Numbered from the whole stretch's first letter, positions 23,300-34,961 are shown. The stretch is 63,161 nucleotides of DNA, filler included, from Hyphochytrium catenoides (GCA_900088475.1; 9 parts of 9 records of this genome joined end to end with filler, not necessarily neighbours in it); one strand, 5' to 3'. A program made the numbers and translations. The notes: generated by a model from the letters alone, not told the origin.

Positions 23300-23688
23300 C
23301 TGCTGCATGCGCGCGAGAGAGAGAGAGAGGAAGAGAGAGCAAAGAGGGAGAGAGAGAGTGAGAGACGAGAGAAAATTAAGAGTGAGAGAGAGAGTGAGAG
23401 AGAGAGAGAGAATAAAGAGGGAGAGAGAGAGTGAGAGAGAGAGAGAGAATAAAGAGGGAGAGAGAGGGGGAGCGAGAGAGGTTGAGGGAGGGATGGAGGG
23501 AGAGAGACAGAGAGAGAGAAAGAGAGAGAGGAGAGAGAGGAGAGAGAGAGGAGAGAGAGAGGAGAGAGAGAGAGGAGAGAGAGGAGAGATTAGAGAGAGA
23601 GAGAAGAGAGAGAGAGAGAGGAAAGGAAGACAAAAGAGAGAAGAGAAAGAAGAGGGAGGGAGGGAGACGAGGTGGACAACAGAAGAGA

Positions 23689-23729
<41 letters not shown>

Positions 23730-24310
23730 CAGTATCCAGCGCAGCAGTCACCTTTCTGCATCAGACAAGCCTAAGATTCCTTCTTTGAGGTCCAACAGAC
23801 AAAACGAACGCAAAGTTTAGGACGATCCATGTCACTTCTTGCATATAAAAGAGATATCCTTTACACTCCCTGGCATTAGTTATGGGGTATTCTATAGTCT
23901 AGTTTGCCTATCTAAAGATGAGCTACGACAATTAGTGGACGGTGCTCCCCTTTGTGTCCCCTTGTCCTAGCTTCTGACTGTAACGGCCGCACAGGGAGGG
24001 AGGAACCTGGGATCCAAGACAGAGCGAGAGTGAGATACGAGGAAAGGCTGACATTACTGAAAGAGCGGGAGAGTAAGAGGACAAGAGAGAGAGGAGCAAG
24101 GGAGACAGCAGAAGGAAGGGGAAAGCGAGAGAGGAAGACAGAGTTGAGGGCAAGAGAGAGAGAGAGAGGGAAGAGAGAGAGACAGAGGAGAGAGAGAGAG
24201 AGAGCGAGGAGAGAGAGAGAGACAGACAGAGAGAAAGAGCGGGAGAGAGAGGAAGAGAGACAGACGAAGGGTATCAGGGAGAGAAAGAGAAGAGAGAGAG
24301 AGAGAGACTA
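23300..24310. repeat. (GA)n/polypurine microsatellite tracts (also ~24620-24680, 30430-31220, 43300-44530, 61964-62640)
   Basis: Long GAGAGA runs that generate spurious RERE/SLSL ORFs. Confidence 0.95.
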
Positions 24311-24622
24311 GGCAGGGTATGCGACTCACAGTGGTGATGCAAAAGGGACCTCATGCTTCAACGGTTCCGCTGGTCTCTTGCTTCGAGGCAGAGAGGTAGG
24401 GAAAACAGCGCGGGGTGAGGGGAAGAGAAGAGAGAGGGAGAGATGAGGATAATGCAAGTCTCTTGGAGGTAAGAGGAAGACTATGAAGAGGGGAACGGCC
24501 CGGAACCTGTGAAACTCCTCGTGCCGCCTACCGCCTCACGGCTTCTGCTTCGGTTCCTTGCTCATGCTCCTGGCGACGTGGCCATCTCCTTTCTCTTCTT
24601 ACAGCAGCCNNNNNNNNNNNNN

Positions 24623-24664
<42 letters not shown>

Positions 24665-25269
24665 GAGAGAGTGGAGGAGAGAGATTGGAAAGTAATACTC
24701 CGACCGGAAGGAGGGAGAAGGGTTAGCAACGAAGACGAAGTAATGACTGGAAAGATGTCAAACGGAGACTCAGGACGCCGTTAGGTGACCTAACTCGAGC
24801 CAAGGAATCTTCTAGTTCTCCTCTTGCTGGGCCCGTGGGGACCCTGCCAGGTGCTCTCTCAGGTCCTCGATCATTGATCTGCAGAGCTGCTGCGCGCTTC
24901 CTCATCTTTGGGTCTGGAGCTCAATGTTAATCGAGAGGAAAAGAGATCTGCTCTTTACTCTTTTCTCTCCTTCTCCTTCTCCTGTCTAGCCTTTCCTGGT
25001 CCTGAATCCCCTCATCTGCCTCTGGCCTGCTATTGATCGTTGTGGATCCATTCTCCTAGATCGTCAAGCCTCTTTCTCCATTTCTCTTCTCATCTCTCTA
25101 TCTCTCTTCTGCCTCCTTTCTTTTTCTCTCTTCTTCTCTTGATCATCACACGATGGCCGCATCGTAACCTTTTATCGTAGCTGCACTTGGGGCGGACGCA
25201 GGTCAAGAGCATATCCAGCTCTAGCCTCCTTGACCGCCGCCGAAGCTAAAAGGTTTTCTTTGAAAGAGG

Positions 25270-28200
25270 ATGATGACGCAGCACACGAGGAACCTCTCTG
25301 AGACTCATACGCGCTTCTCTTCTCCAACTTCTCCCCGTTCTACTACCTTCTTCCCCTTCCGTCCCACCATCTCCTCCTCTCTCTCAGTCGTTCTTCACGC
25401 GGCTTGCATTCTCCTCTGCTTGCCCATAGAGTTCCCCTCTTCTTTTGCCTCTCCAGATTTTCCTCTTCCTTCTGCAGCTCTGCTTCAGGGCCTAACGTCC
25501 TTCTATGAATCTGCGGGCGGCGCTCTTTGGTCCAACAACTCGCTGTGGCTCAATGACTCTGTCAGCCATTGCCATTGGCACGGCATTGAATGTTCGTCTT
25601 CCCTTCCTTCTTCCGGCGCCATCGAGGGTCTCAGGCTCCCTGGGAACAATCTGCAGGGAACGCTTCCGGAAGGGTTCTTTCCTCTCTTAGGCGAGACTTT
25701 GAGAGTGTTGGATCTCTCTTCTAACGCGCTCATGGGCCGCATCCCTTCCGACATTGGCGCCTTGGTCACGTTAGAGGAGTTCATTGTCAACGGCAACCAG
25801 CTTTCTGGTGCGCTTCCGGCCTCTCTGGGAGAACTAAGGGAACTCGTAGTGCTTAACGTAGGAGACGTGTGGGAAGAAGCGGTGCACTGGGGCTGTTGGT
25901 TCCATTCCTGCCCTGAGAACGCTCTCTCCGGTCCTCTTCCTCAAGCTCTCTGCCAGCTGGAGAAGCTAGAAGTGCTGAATCTAGCGCAGAATCGCTTTGA
26001 GGGCGGCCTTCCTTCCTGTCTGGGGCGTCTCTCTCGTCTGAGAGTGCTCAATGTGAACAACAACTACCTCACAGGAGAAGTCGGTCCTCTGTTTAAAGAA
26101 AAAGACAGCAACCTGTCCTCTCTCACACATCTCCTTCTCTCAGATAATAGGCTGGAAGGGCCGTTGCCCACAGCCATTGGCAGCTTGGAAAACCTTCAGT
26201 ATTGGTCAATGTATGGCAATAACGTTTCTGGATCTATCCCTGCGACGATCGGGCAACTGGGATCGCTGGAGTGGTTGGATCTCTTCAATAACTCTCTCAG
26301 CGGGGAGCTTCCTGACTCTATTGGTAGCCTCTCAAAGCTGAAGACACTGGGAGTAGACTCAAACAGGTTGAATGGTACCTTTCCTGCGTCGATGTCGCAG
26401 ATGCAGGCGCTGCAGATTCTTTACGCCTCATATAATAACTTCTCAGGACCCCTGCCAGACGTTCTCTGGACATTGAGCGAGCTGAACGAGCTGGATCTCC
26501 TCGAGTGCCAATTCTCAGGCTCTCTCCCTTCTACTATCGGCAACCTCTCGCAGCTCTCCTTCCTCCGTCTAGACGGCAACAGGTTAACAGGAGGCATTCC
26601 ACCTTCTATCGGCCAGCTGCAGAGCATGGCATATCTTAGTCTCAATGATATTCCGCTAGGAGGCGAGATCCCTGCGACCATAGGTGATCTCACCGCCTTA
26701 GAGAACCTCAACCTCGTCAACTGCTCCCTCTCGGGACCTATCCCTGACTCCATAGGTAACCTTAGACAGCTCTGGAGTCTCTCTCTCTCTTGGAACAAGC
26801 TCTCAGGTCGGATCCCTCCGTCTTTTGGAGAGATGTCAAGTCTGCAGACAGTGAATCTGGGCAATAATGACCTTGAGGGAGAGATTCCGTCGTCGCTTGG
26901 GAAGATGCAGGAGCTCACCACCTTCACCTTGAGGAACAATCGGCTCTCAGGGGGTTTGCCTACCTCTTTGGGCAACCTGACCAAGCTCCGGTACTTGGAC
27001 ATCAGCGCTAATCAGCTGTCTGGGGCCTTTCTACTGAGAGACACAAGCGGTGAAGCTGATAATTCCTTGTCTGTTGCTCTTGAGGGAGAAGGAGGAAGCT
27101 CATCATCAGGAGGAAGCGGTAGCAGTGCACCAGAAGAAGCGGGAGGAGAGAGAAGGCACGGCGCCTTTACGGGCCTGATGCAGCTGAACATCTCTTACAA
27201 TCGCTTCACGGGAGACTTTCCCTCCTCCTTCTTCACTCCTTGTTTTCCTAACCTCACTGTGCTAGATATGGCGCACAACGCCTTCCAGAGGTTTATCATC
27301 CCCAAAGACGCCACGGGTTGTCCCAATCTGCAGACTCTCATCGCCAAGGGCAATGCCATTCGCTCCCTAGAGGTGAAGGGCAGTCTGACAGACTGGCAAG
27401 CACTGAAGGTGCTAGACTTTAGCGATAACCTGATTGAGAGCGTGGACGAGATCTCAGAGAAGCTTCTGGAGAGAGATAAGGCGCTGAAGTACGATCCAGG
27501 GCCCGTCTTTGGCCCTTCCATTGTCGTACTGGCGCTGCTGACGAAGAACGAGGTGCTAAGCGCTCTCTCTCTCCAGAACAACCGTCTCTCTTCTCTCCCT
27601 CCCTCTCTCTTCCAGTTCCGGGTCATCAGTCTGCAGCTCGGCGAGAACCGCTTAATCTCTCTCCCTGCGCAGGTGGACGAGACCTATGAGCTTACAACGG
27701 TAGGCTTCTATGCCTATACCATCACTTATCCAGCCTTCTTTCAGAGCTCCGTCTCACATACACATCTGGGCCTCTCTTCCAACCTGTTGAAAGGGGATTT
27801 GCCATCGTGGATGGCGAAGATGCGCTCTCTTGCTCAGTTAAATCTGTCTTCAAACGCTGGTCTTCGCTACGCTGGGTCGCCGTTTATTGAGTTTGATGTC
27901 TCTAACTCTGTGGTCTCCGCGGATGGCTCCATGCGCTGCGCGTCGGTGAGAGGAAGGAACGGGGCAAGAGCCTCTATCATTATAGAGTCTGCGTACCACA
28001 ACTATACGTACTGCTCCTGTCTAGAGGGCAAGTATGGTCCTCTCCCTAGCTTGAGAAGCGCTGTGGAGAGAGAGAAGGGAGAGATGACTTGTCTCGCGTG
28101 CCCTGAGAGAGGTGTCTGCCCTGGTGGCAGCCACCAGCTGATGGTGCAGCAAGGCTTCTTTGCCTTTTATAATGGGACACAGTACCAGGTCACACGCATG

Positions 28201-30426
28201 CCCATAGAGTACAGCTGCAGGTCCAGTAGTAGTAGCCTCTACTGCCCTGTCCCTCTCTCTCCCACCACCACGTCGCTCTCTCTTTCTTCATCTTCCTCTC
28301 TTTCCTCCTCTTCGTCCCCACCTGCCTTTCTCTCTGCGGCGGCTTCTTTCTTAGGGAACAACTCACAGTGCTTGCCCTCGCGCACAGGCTTTCTCTGTGG
28401 CTCTTGTGAAGCTGGGTACGCTCAGGGCTTTGGCTCGTCGGAGTGCGTGCCTGACTCTCAATGTCTTTCTCTTCCTCTGCTCATCGTCTCTTTCATTGCC
28501 GTGGTGGTAGTGCACACAGGAGGCATCTTCTGCATTGCCTGGTGCGCCACAAGGCCAGTCCAGAAGAAGAAGATTGGCGACGGGGAGATCGAGAAACAAA
28601 GAGAAAGCGAGGATGAGAAAGAATGCCGAGAAGAGAGAGGAGAGTTTGCAGCAGGCACGATGTGGTCAGTTGTTTGCTGTCTCTGTCGAAGGAGAAAAAC
28701 GAAGATTGTGGCCAACAAGGGGCAAGAAGACGAGAGGACGCGGCGTGGTGACATTGTCCAACAATTCCAGAGCAAGAGAAAGCGCTCTTCTGTGCAGACA
28801 CAGCGAGGAGCAGTAACTCTGCCTTTCCCCTCCTCCTTCCCCGCAGGAGTGACCGATGGCCCGCCTCTTTCTTCCTCAAAGGTCGCCAGTACGAAGGAGG
28901 TCAAAGGTATGGGTGCTGGGAAGATCTTGACGCCTTTGGAGCCGCTTCACTACCAAGGAGGAGGCGGAGCAGCAGGGGAAAGAAGAGCGTCAGCAAGTGC
29001 AGGAGGGGGAGGAGAAAGAGGCACCGTAGAAGAGAAAAGAAGAGAGATAGATCAGCAGAAGATAACATCCCAAAAGATGCAGAGCAGCACGTTTGCCCTG
29101 TCTCCTCCCTTGGCTCCAGCCTCGAATCCTGTTAACGGCACATCGGAGAGGAACATTGCCAAGCAAAAGACAGAGAAGGGCGAGGCTCTCTCTCCTCTTC
29201 TTTCGTCGGCTACCCCGCAGCCGCAGAGCAGTAAGGAAGCTACGTACATGGGGAAAGGAAAAGACGGAGGAGAGTCGAGAGGAGGAGGAGGTCTTCTTTC
29301 TCCTGTACACCACTTTTTCGCAGAGATAGAGTTCATTCCGCATCCCAATGACCTGCATCTGCTGCTCTACTATTATCAGGTCTTCGCCTTTCTCAACGGA
29401 CCGGACATTTTGCTAGGCAACCTCGACAATCCGAGTCTGCTCCGCGCCTATGTCACTGGTCTCTTCACGACGGACTTCTCCAACATCCTCTCTTCTTCCT
29501 CTTTCTGTCTCCTCAGCGGCATGACGATCCAGCTCCAGCATGTCTTCAATCTCATCTATTCTTGCTCACCTCTTGCCCTTGTTCTCAGCTATAACGTGGG
29601 CAGCTCGCTGCTTCTTAGACGGACGCGGAGAAAGGGAGAAGAAGAGAGAGAAGAGACTAGGGAAGACAAAGCAAGAGTGAGGTGGAGGCTGAAGTCTCTG
29701 CTCCTGACAGTGAACATGACCTATAGTTCTATTATGAACAACGCTCTGGCCCTGCTCTCCTGCACGGAGCTCCATCCAGAGGGAGAGAAAGGAGTGATAG
29801 GAACAGGAGAGACGCGTCCCAGAGTGCTGCTCATGGACGGGAACATTCTCTGCTATCAGCCCTGGCAGCAGCAAGTGCTAGGCGTGATGATCCTTGCCTC
29901 TCTCTATCCGTTGCTCCTCTGCGCTTATCTCTTCCGCATACGGACATCCTCCTTTCTCTCTTCTTCTCTCTCGCGGCACAAGCTCTACCTCGAGCTCACC
30001 AGCCCGTACAACTCTCCATACTTCTTTTGGCCTGTCCTCTACTCTCTCCCGCTTCTCTGTCTCTCCTATGCCAAAGCCTTCGTCTTGGATGGCCATCTGA
30101 AGGCTATGGCTTACACTCTGATCATCACCTGTCTCCATGTCCTCCGGGTCTTTGCCCGCTCTCCGTTTCTTCGTCTCCTCTCTTCTCTGGAGGACAAAGC
30201 TCTCTCTTTCTTGCTCTCCTGGGCGGCCATCATCACCATCTGGCAGACTTTCTTGGCGGCTAGCGGCCTGGACTCTCTGTATGAAGCGGTGCTAAACTAC
30301 AAGCTGCTTCTCTTCCTGGCGCCTGCTCTTTATGAGCTGCTGAAGCTCACGGTTTGGGGCTATCGGCTCATGAGGCAGAGGCAGAGGAAGCAGCAGGAAA
30401 GAGCGCGAATCTCTTCCATGCAATAG
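25270..30426 (+). CDS. LRR receptor-like multi-pass membrane protein: plant-type LRRs + Cys-rich domain + about 7-9 TM helices; intronless, 1718 aa
   Basis: N-terminal hydrophobic segment; LRRNT cap (W...W....HCHWHGIEC); more than 20 LxxLxLxxNxLsGxIP repeats; CLACPERGVCPGG and CLPSRTGFLCGSCEAGY; TM motifs LYYYQV, TYSSIMNNALALLSC, LLMDGNILCYQPWQ, LTSPYNSPYFFW, SPF; no kinase domain. Confidence 0.92.
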   Translation: MMTQHTRNLSETHTRFSSPTSPRSTTFFPFRPTISSSLSVVLHAACILLCLPIEFPSSFASPDFPLPSAALLQGLTSFYESAGGALWSNNSLWLNDSVSHCHWHGIECSSSLPSSGAIEGLRLPGNNLQGTLPEGFFPLLGETLRVLDLSSNALMGRIPSDIGALVTLEEFIVNGNQLSGALPASLGELRELVVLNVGDVWEEAVHWGCWFHSCPENALSGPLPQALCQLEKLEVLNLAQNRFEGGLPSCLGRLSRLRVLNVNNNYLTGEVGPLFKEKDSNLSSLTHLLLSDNRLEGPLPTAIGSLENLQYWSMYGNNVSGSIPATIGQLGSLEWLDLFNNSLSGELPDSIGSLSKLKTLGVDSNRLNGTFPASMSQMQALQILYASYNNFSGPLPDVLWTLSELNELDLLECQFSGSLPSTIGNLSQLSFLRLDGNRLTGGIPPSIGQLQSMAYLSLNDIPLGGEIPATIGDLTALENLNLVNCSLSGPIPDSIGNLRQLWSLSLSWNKLSGRIPPSFGEMSSLQTVNLGNNDLEGEIPSSLGKMQELTTFTLRNNRLSGGLPTSLGNLTKLRYLDISANQLSGAFLLRDTSGEADNSLSVALEGEGGSSSSGGSGSSAPEEAGGERRHGAFTGLMQLNISYNRFTGDFPSSFFTPCFPNLTVLDMAHNAFQRFIIPKDATGCPNLQTLIAKGNAIRSLEVKGSLTDWQALKVLDFSDNLIESVDEISEKLLERDKALKYDPGPVFGPSIVVLALLTKNEVLSALSLQNNRLSSLPPSLFQFRVISLQLGENRLISLPAQVDETYELTTVGFYAYTITYPAFFQSSVSHTHLGLSSNLLKGDLPSWMAKMRSLAQLNLSSNAGLRYAGSPFIEFDVSNSVVSADGSMRCASVRGRNGARASIIIESAYHNYTYCSCLEGKYGPLPSLRSAVEREKGEMTCLACPERGVCPGGSHQLMVQQGFFAFYNGTQYQVTRMPIEYSCRSSSSSLYCPVPLSPTTTSLSLSSSSSLSSSSSPPAFLSAAASFLGNNSQCLPSRTGFLCGSCEAGYAQGFGSSECVPDSQCLSLPLLIVSFIAVVVVHTGGIFCIAWCATRPVQKKKIGDGEIEKQRESEDEKECREERGEFAAGTMWSVVCCLCRRRKTKIVANKGQEDERTRRGDIVQQFQSKRKRSSVQTQRGAVTLPFPSSFPAGVTDGPPLSSSKVASTKEVKGMGAGKILTPLEPLHYQGGGGAAGERRASASAGGGGERGTVEEKRREIDQQKITSQKMQSSTFALSPPLAPASNPVNGTSERNIAKQKTEKGEALSPLLSSATPQPQSSKEATYMGKGKDGGESRGGGGLLSPVHHFFAEIEFIPHPNDLHLLLYYYQVFAFLNGPDILLGNLDNPSLLRAYVTGLFTTDFSNILSSSSFCLLSGMTIQLQHVFNLIYSCSPLALVLSYNVGSSLLLRRTRRKGEEEREETREDKARVRWRLKSLLLTVNMTYSSIMNNALALLSCTELHPEGEKGVIGTGETRPRVLLMDGNILCYQPWQQQVLGVMILASLYPLLLCAYLFRIRTSSFLSSSLSRHKLYLELTSPYNSPYFFWPVLYSLPLLCLSYAKAFVLDGHLKAMAYTLIITCLHVLRVFARSPFLRLLSSLEDKALSFLLSWAAIITIWQTFLAASGLDSLYEAVLNYKLLLFLAPALYELLKLTVWGYRLMRQRQRKQQERARISSMQ

Positions 30427-31703
30427 AATGGCAAAGAGGAAGAAAAGAGAGGGAAGGGTGAGCAGAGAGAGAAAGAGAGAGAGAGAGAGAAAGAGGCAGA
30501 AAGGAAGGAAAGGACCGGCGGGAAGTTGGAGGGTAGGGGAGGAGAATGAAGATTTCCAGGGTCACTGTCCTCGTACCCCTCTCTCCCTTTTTCTCCCTTC
30601 TTTCTATGTTTCTTTCTCTCTCTCCCATTCTGTCCCTTTGCTAACGATGGACCTCTTCCGTCTCTCCACCAACTCTCTCGCATGAGGGAGGAGATAAAGA
30701 GAGAAGAAAGTGGAGGAGATAAAAGAACATGGAGCGATGATGACTGCTTCGACTTCCCTCTCGTCTCTTTCCTAGCCCTAACCGGTAGGACGCTGCTTAG
30801 CCGCAGGGAAAGGAGCGGAAAGAGAGAAGGAGGGAGGTAGAGAGAGAGAGAGAGAGAGGAACTTATGGAGAGGCGGCTCGCATTGCCTAGTAAACATGCT
30901 ATGAGCTCTGATAATAATATTAGGGCCAAAGTCTTTCCTTTCTCCCTCTCTCTCTCTCTCTGATTCATCCGACGCTTCTTACACTGTCGCCTGAGAGGAG
31001 GCAAAGGAAGGAGAAAGAGAAGGGACAGAAGATAGAGTTGAGGAGAAGGACTCTTAGAGACGAGGGAAAGAGAGAGCAAGGATGCTAAGAGAGGGAGAGA
31101 GAGCTGGAGGAAGAGAGAGAGAAGGAAGAGGGGAGAAAGAGAGAGAGAGAGGGAAGAGGGAGAGAGAGAGAGGGAGAGAAGAAAGAGCGAGAGAAAGAGA
31201 GAGAGAGAGAGAGAGAGGTAAGGTTGTGAAGAGAGTCAGAAAGAGCCAGAAATCCCAAGCAATAGACGGCAAGCCATCGAGACTGATGTTGTAACCTTCT
31301 GTTAGTCTGTTACTCTGTCATCCTCCACATGCTGATTCAAAAAAAGCGAACGGGGGTATCTCTAAACGTTGTAGCCCGTTCGTTCCTGAGGTGGAGCGCC
31401 CAGGGATAAGAATCGCGCTTCTCTCCTGGTTCTTGACGTTTCATTGTCTCTTCTCTTTCTCTCTCAGTCGTGCTTTCTCTCTCTCTCTCTCTTTCTCTCT
31501 CTCCTTTTTGACGCGTGCGTGATCTCGCCCGTATATCAGGCGCTCTCTCTCTCTCTCTGGGCCGCTGAAAGGCTGACCGCTGACCGCGCTCACTCTGTCC
31601 GCTTCACTGTCCTTTATTGGGTACATCTTCGGTCAAGATCGCCCTTCACATCCCCAATATCAGGCACTGGCGCGAAGGTCGGCAGGACTCGAGATGTTTC
31701 TGG

Positions 31704-34700
31704 ATGCAGGAGAAAGATAGGCCCGCCGGGGCCGCCGGTGGCGCTCCTCCTCCTCCCGCCTCGGTACCGCTGGAGACGGGGCAGGTGGTCTCAGGATGGA
31801 GAGTGCTCAAAGTCGATAGCGCAGCAGAGCTTTGCCTTTGTGAGAAGATCCTCTGGACCGGCAGAAGGAAGACAGAGGACAAGACCATTTCGCCCTCCGA
31901 TGTAGGGCCTTCGCGGTGGTTCATCGCCGTCTCAGCGCTCGACGACATAGCAAGAGAAAGTCGTCAGGTCAATTGAACCTAGTCTCATTGAGCTCTTCAC
32001 CACTTTGTGCTCTCTAACATTTCCTTGGAACCAAACAAGCAGTTCTGCATGTGGTGCCAGGCGGAAGAGAAACCCTTGCCGCTGCAGCGCTGTGCAGGAT
32101 GTCGTTCTGTCTCTTACTGCAGCAGAGACCATCAGAGGCTCGACTGGCCGCATCACCGCCCTTTCTGCACCACAGCCTCTGCTTCCCTCGTCACTGCCCG
32201 AGAAACTATTACTCGCGTATGTCACATGAGATGGAGCGACATGAAAATGGCTGAGAGACGAGCATGAGGTTGAGAGAAAGAGAGAGAGGAACGGAGACAT
32301 GGCGAAGGGCAATTGGTGCGAACAATTAAAAGAAGAGAGAAAGAGAGAGAGAGATCCTAAGAGTTACAGCTCCCGGATTGAGCTCAAATGTTTGTTTCAA
32401 TCTTGCTAAATAACAGGCCCATGCGGTGCAGAAGAGAGAGAGAGAGAAGGGGACCAATGCACACGATGAAGTGCTAGTGCAACTTTTAGGCAAAGATCTC
32501 AATCTTGTGCGGTGAGTCTTGCTTCTCCTCCTACTTTCATCTCTGCTTCTCTCTGTCGGTCTGTCAGTCTGTTTCTCTCTCTCTCGGGGCCAGTGCCGTG
32601 TCTTTTCAACTCTTGATTTTGTTTCTTCTCTGTCTTCGTACTCCTGGCAATTCTGCGGAACCTGTTCTTATGTGCTCTCGCCCGGGACCTTTCTTCAGGC
32701 ATCAGACGAAAGGCAGAATGCTCGAGACAACGCGGGCTTTCAGGGCCGGCGAGGTTGTCCTGAGGAGCCATTGCGCCGCTAGGTTGGTCAGCTTGCAACG
32801 CTTATCGGCGTGGTGCTCCAACTGCCTTCGACGACACGAGGAGGCAAGAGAAAGGAGAAGAGAGTGCTCGCGATGTCACGCGGTGAGCTACTGCGGCCAG
32901 ATTTGTGAAGAGAGAGACGGGAAGGGACATCGTCGGGAGTGCGAGGCATTTATGATAGGAAGAGAATCTCCAGGCCTGGATGCCCACGATCGCGACATCC
33001 TTCTCCTCGCTCTAAGGATGAACCTGCGAATCCCTTCCGCAGAATCAGGGACTGGGGAGAGAATGGTACGCAAGTTCTTTATTTCCGCTGCTTCTGCACT
33101 CTCTCCCTCTCTTTTGCAATTTCCTTCCTCTCTCTCTCCTCCTTTGTTGGCTCTCTACTCTTGCTCTGGGGGAAAGACTATGTCTACTCGCTTGGGTCTT
33201 AAGAACTTTGTCCAGGACCAGATGCGGAGTTTATTGGACTGCCTTCTGACGCATGAGGAGAGCTTAACAGCTGAAGAAAAGAGGAGTAACAGCAGCCTGG
33301 CGAGACGACTGTGTAATATTCTGGAAGAGGTATCGGGGTTGGCCCTGACGTCGAGTAAGTAGAAGCTCTCTCTCTTTCTCCGTCTCCTTCCTCCTCTCTA
33401 CCGCCTAGTACTTCCTACTTCATGCTAGTCTTCTCCGTCTCCTATTGTCTTGAGAAGTCATTCTCACGTCTCTACTGCCGCCCACAGCTGAAGCACTGCG
33501 CCTGGTCCTTAGAATACGCTTCAACTCCCACCCTTTGGAGGCATCAGGGACGCATTTCGGCCTAGGAATGTTCCCTGTGGCCGCTGCCTGTGTGAATCAC
33601 AGCTGCAGGCCCAACACGTTGCTGAGCCGAGAAGGTAAGTATATAGGACGTATGCCAAAAGGAGGTGAGGTGTCCAATTGACCTTTGGGACCTCAGGCGA
33701 GGAGCTCACTCTGAGGGCGCTGGGTTCAATTGCACAAGGACATGAGGTGCCGTCAACACTGCTGTTGCTGCCTTTATTCTTATTGGTCGCTGAGAGTCAC
33801 TTGGACCGCACCGCTTCTCTTCATATGATCTCTGTCTTCTCCTTTTGCTTAATTTCTTGGCAGGTCACCTACGGGTACATAGATATATACCAGGACTGTA
33901 GCTCTAGGCAGCGGCTGCTGGAGGACGGCTTCAAATTCAAATGCCAGTGCCCTCGCTGTCTTAAGGTCCCGTACTCGCATCTCTAGCCTCTGCCTCGTAG
34001 AAGAGCATGTATTTTCTATGACAACGTAGCTCTCTCTCTTCCTCCCAACTCCAGTGCTTAATCTCCTTTCGAGGGATCAGCTTGTAAGGCTTGCTAACCT
34101 TAATGTTTCTCCAGCCAGAGCAAGACGTACTCTCAGCGCTCATCTGCCCGCGATGCCACACACTGTTAGTCCACCACCATGCAACGCGTGAGGTCTATAT
34201 ATGCCCCTCTTCAACCTGCGGCCGAGCAATTGATCGAAGTCGGGTGGATGCTTCTTGCCAGCAGCTGCAGGCGAAGCTCATGCAAGCTTCTTCTCTCACT
34301 GAACCAAGACTGGCTGTGGCACAGGTAGACGGGCCCAATTGCTACTGCTGCTTCTTGACTGTCACGTTCATCCGGTTGTGTTTTGCTCTTCCCAACGCAG
34401 CTACTGGAGCTCCATACCTCCAATGCTATGGAGCTTCTCCATCCCGCCCATTCCCTCCGCATGGACCTGGCTCTGGCGTTGATGGAGAAAGCTTCAATGC
34501 TAAGGTCAGTCACTTCCCCATTTTTTACGCCGCTCGTAAAGGCTAAAAACTTCACGCTGTAGAGACTGGCCTCTCCTTGAGAGTACTGCAAAGGCCGTGA
34601 TCGACTGCTGGACCGCATCTGGCATCCCGTACAGCGCCAACATAGCTATGGCTTATCACAACGCAGCCTTAGCACTCCTGTTAGGGGTCAAGCAAAGCCC

Positions 34701-34907
34701 ATCGAAGGCAAGCGGAGGCTTTCATCAAGTTACTCTTGTCCATTCTTCCCTTGCCAAGATACTCAGCTCCTCTATCTCTTTTTTTCTGCGCAGGGTTCCG
34801 CTTCCACTATGGTAGAAAAAGCGCTAGAGGTAAACCAAATATGCTTCGGGGAGGAGGCCGAGACCACTCAGCGCCTTCGTAAAGCTATAAAGAAGCTCTC
34901 CTCTTGA
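31704..34907 (+). CDS. SMYD-family SET and MYND domain lysine methyltransferase (multi-exon), apparently preceded by an extra N-terminal MYND finger
   Basis: MYND1 CMWC..RCAGCRSVSYCSRDHQRLDWPHHRPFC (32046-32168); SET-N VRHQTKGRML..FRAGEVV; MYND2 CSNC..CSRCHAVSYCGQIC..HRREC; GLGMFP..NHSCRPN (~33595); VTYGYID..FKCQCPRC; stop TGA at 34905-34907. The splice link between MYND1 and SET is unresolved. Confidence 0.85.
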
Positions 34908-34961
34908 AGCTGGAGGATAGAGCGTGCTAACCTGGTTAAGTCCTTGGCCGTCTACGGACAA

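Noticed and set aside
23198-24329. RERE/SLSL-rich ORFs (also 30360-31294, 43292-44776, 61912-62753)
   Set aside because: Translations of (GA)n microsatellites in intergenic or intronic DNA.
25503-30263. Antisense and alternative-frame ORFs within the LRR gene (similarly within the YhfW-like, DDX49 and PPIP5K genes)
   Set aside because: Shadow ORFs of real coding sequence with no motifs.
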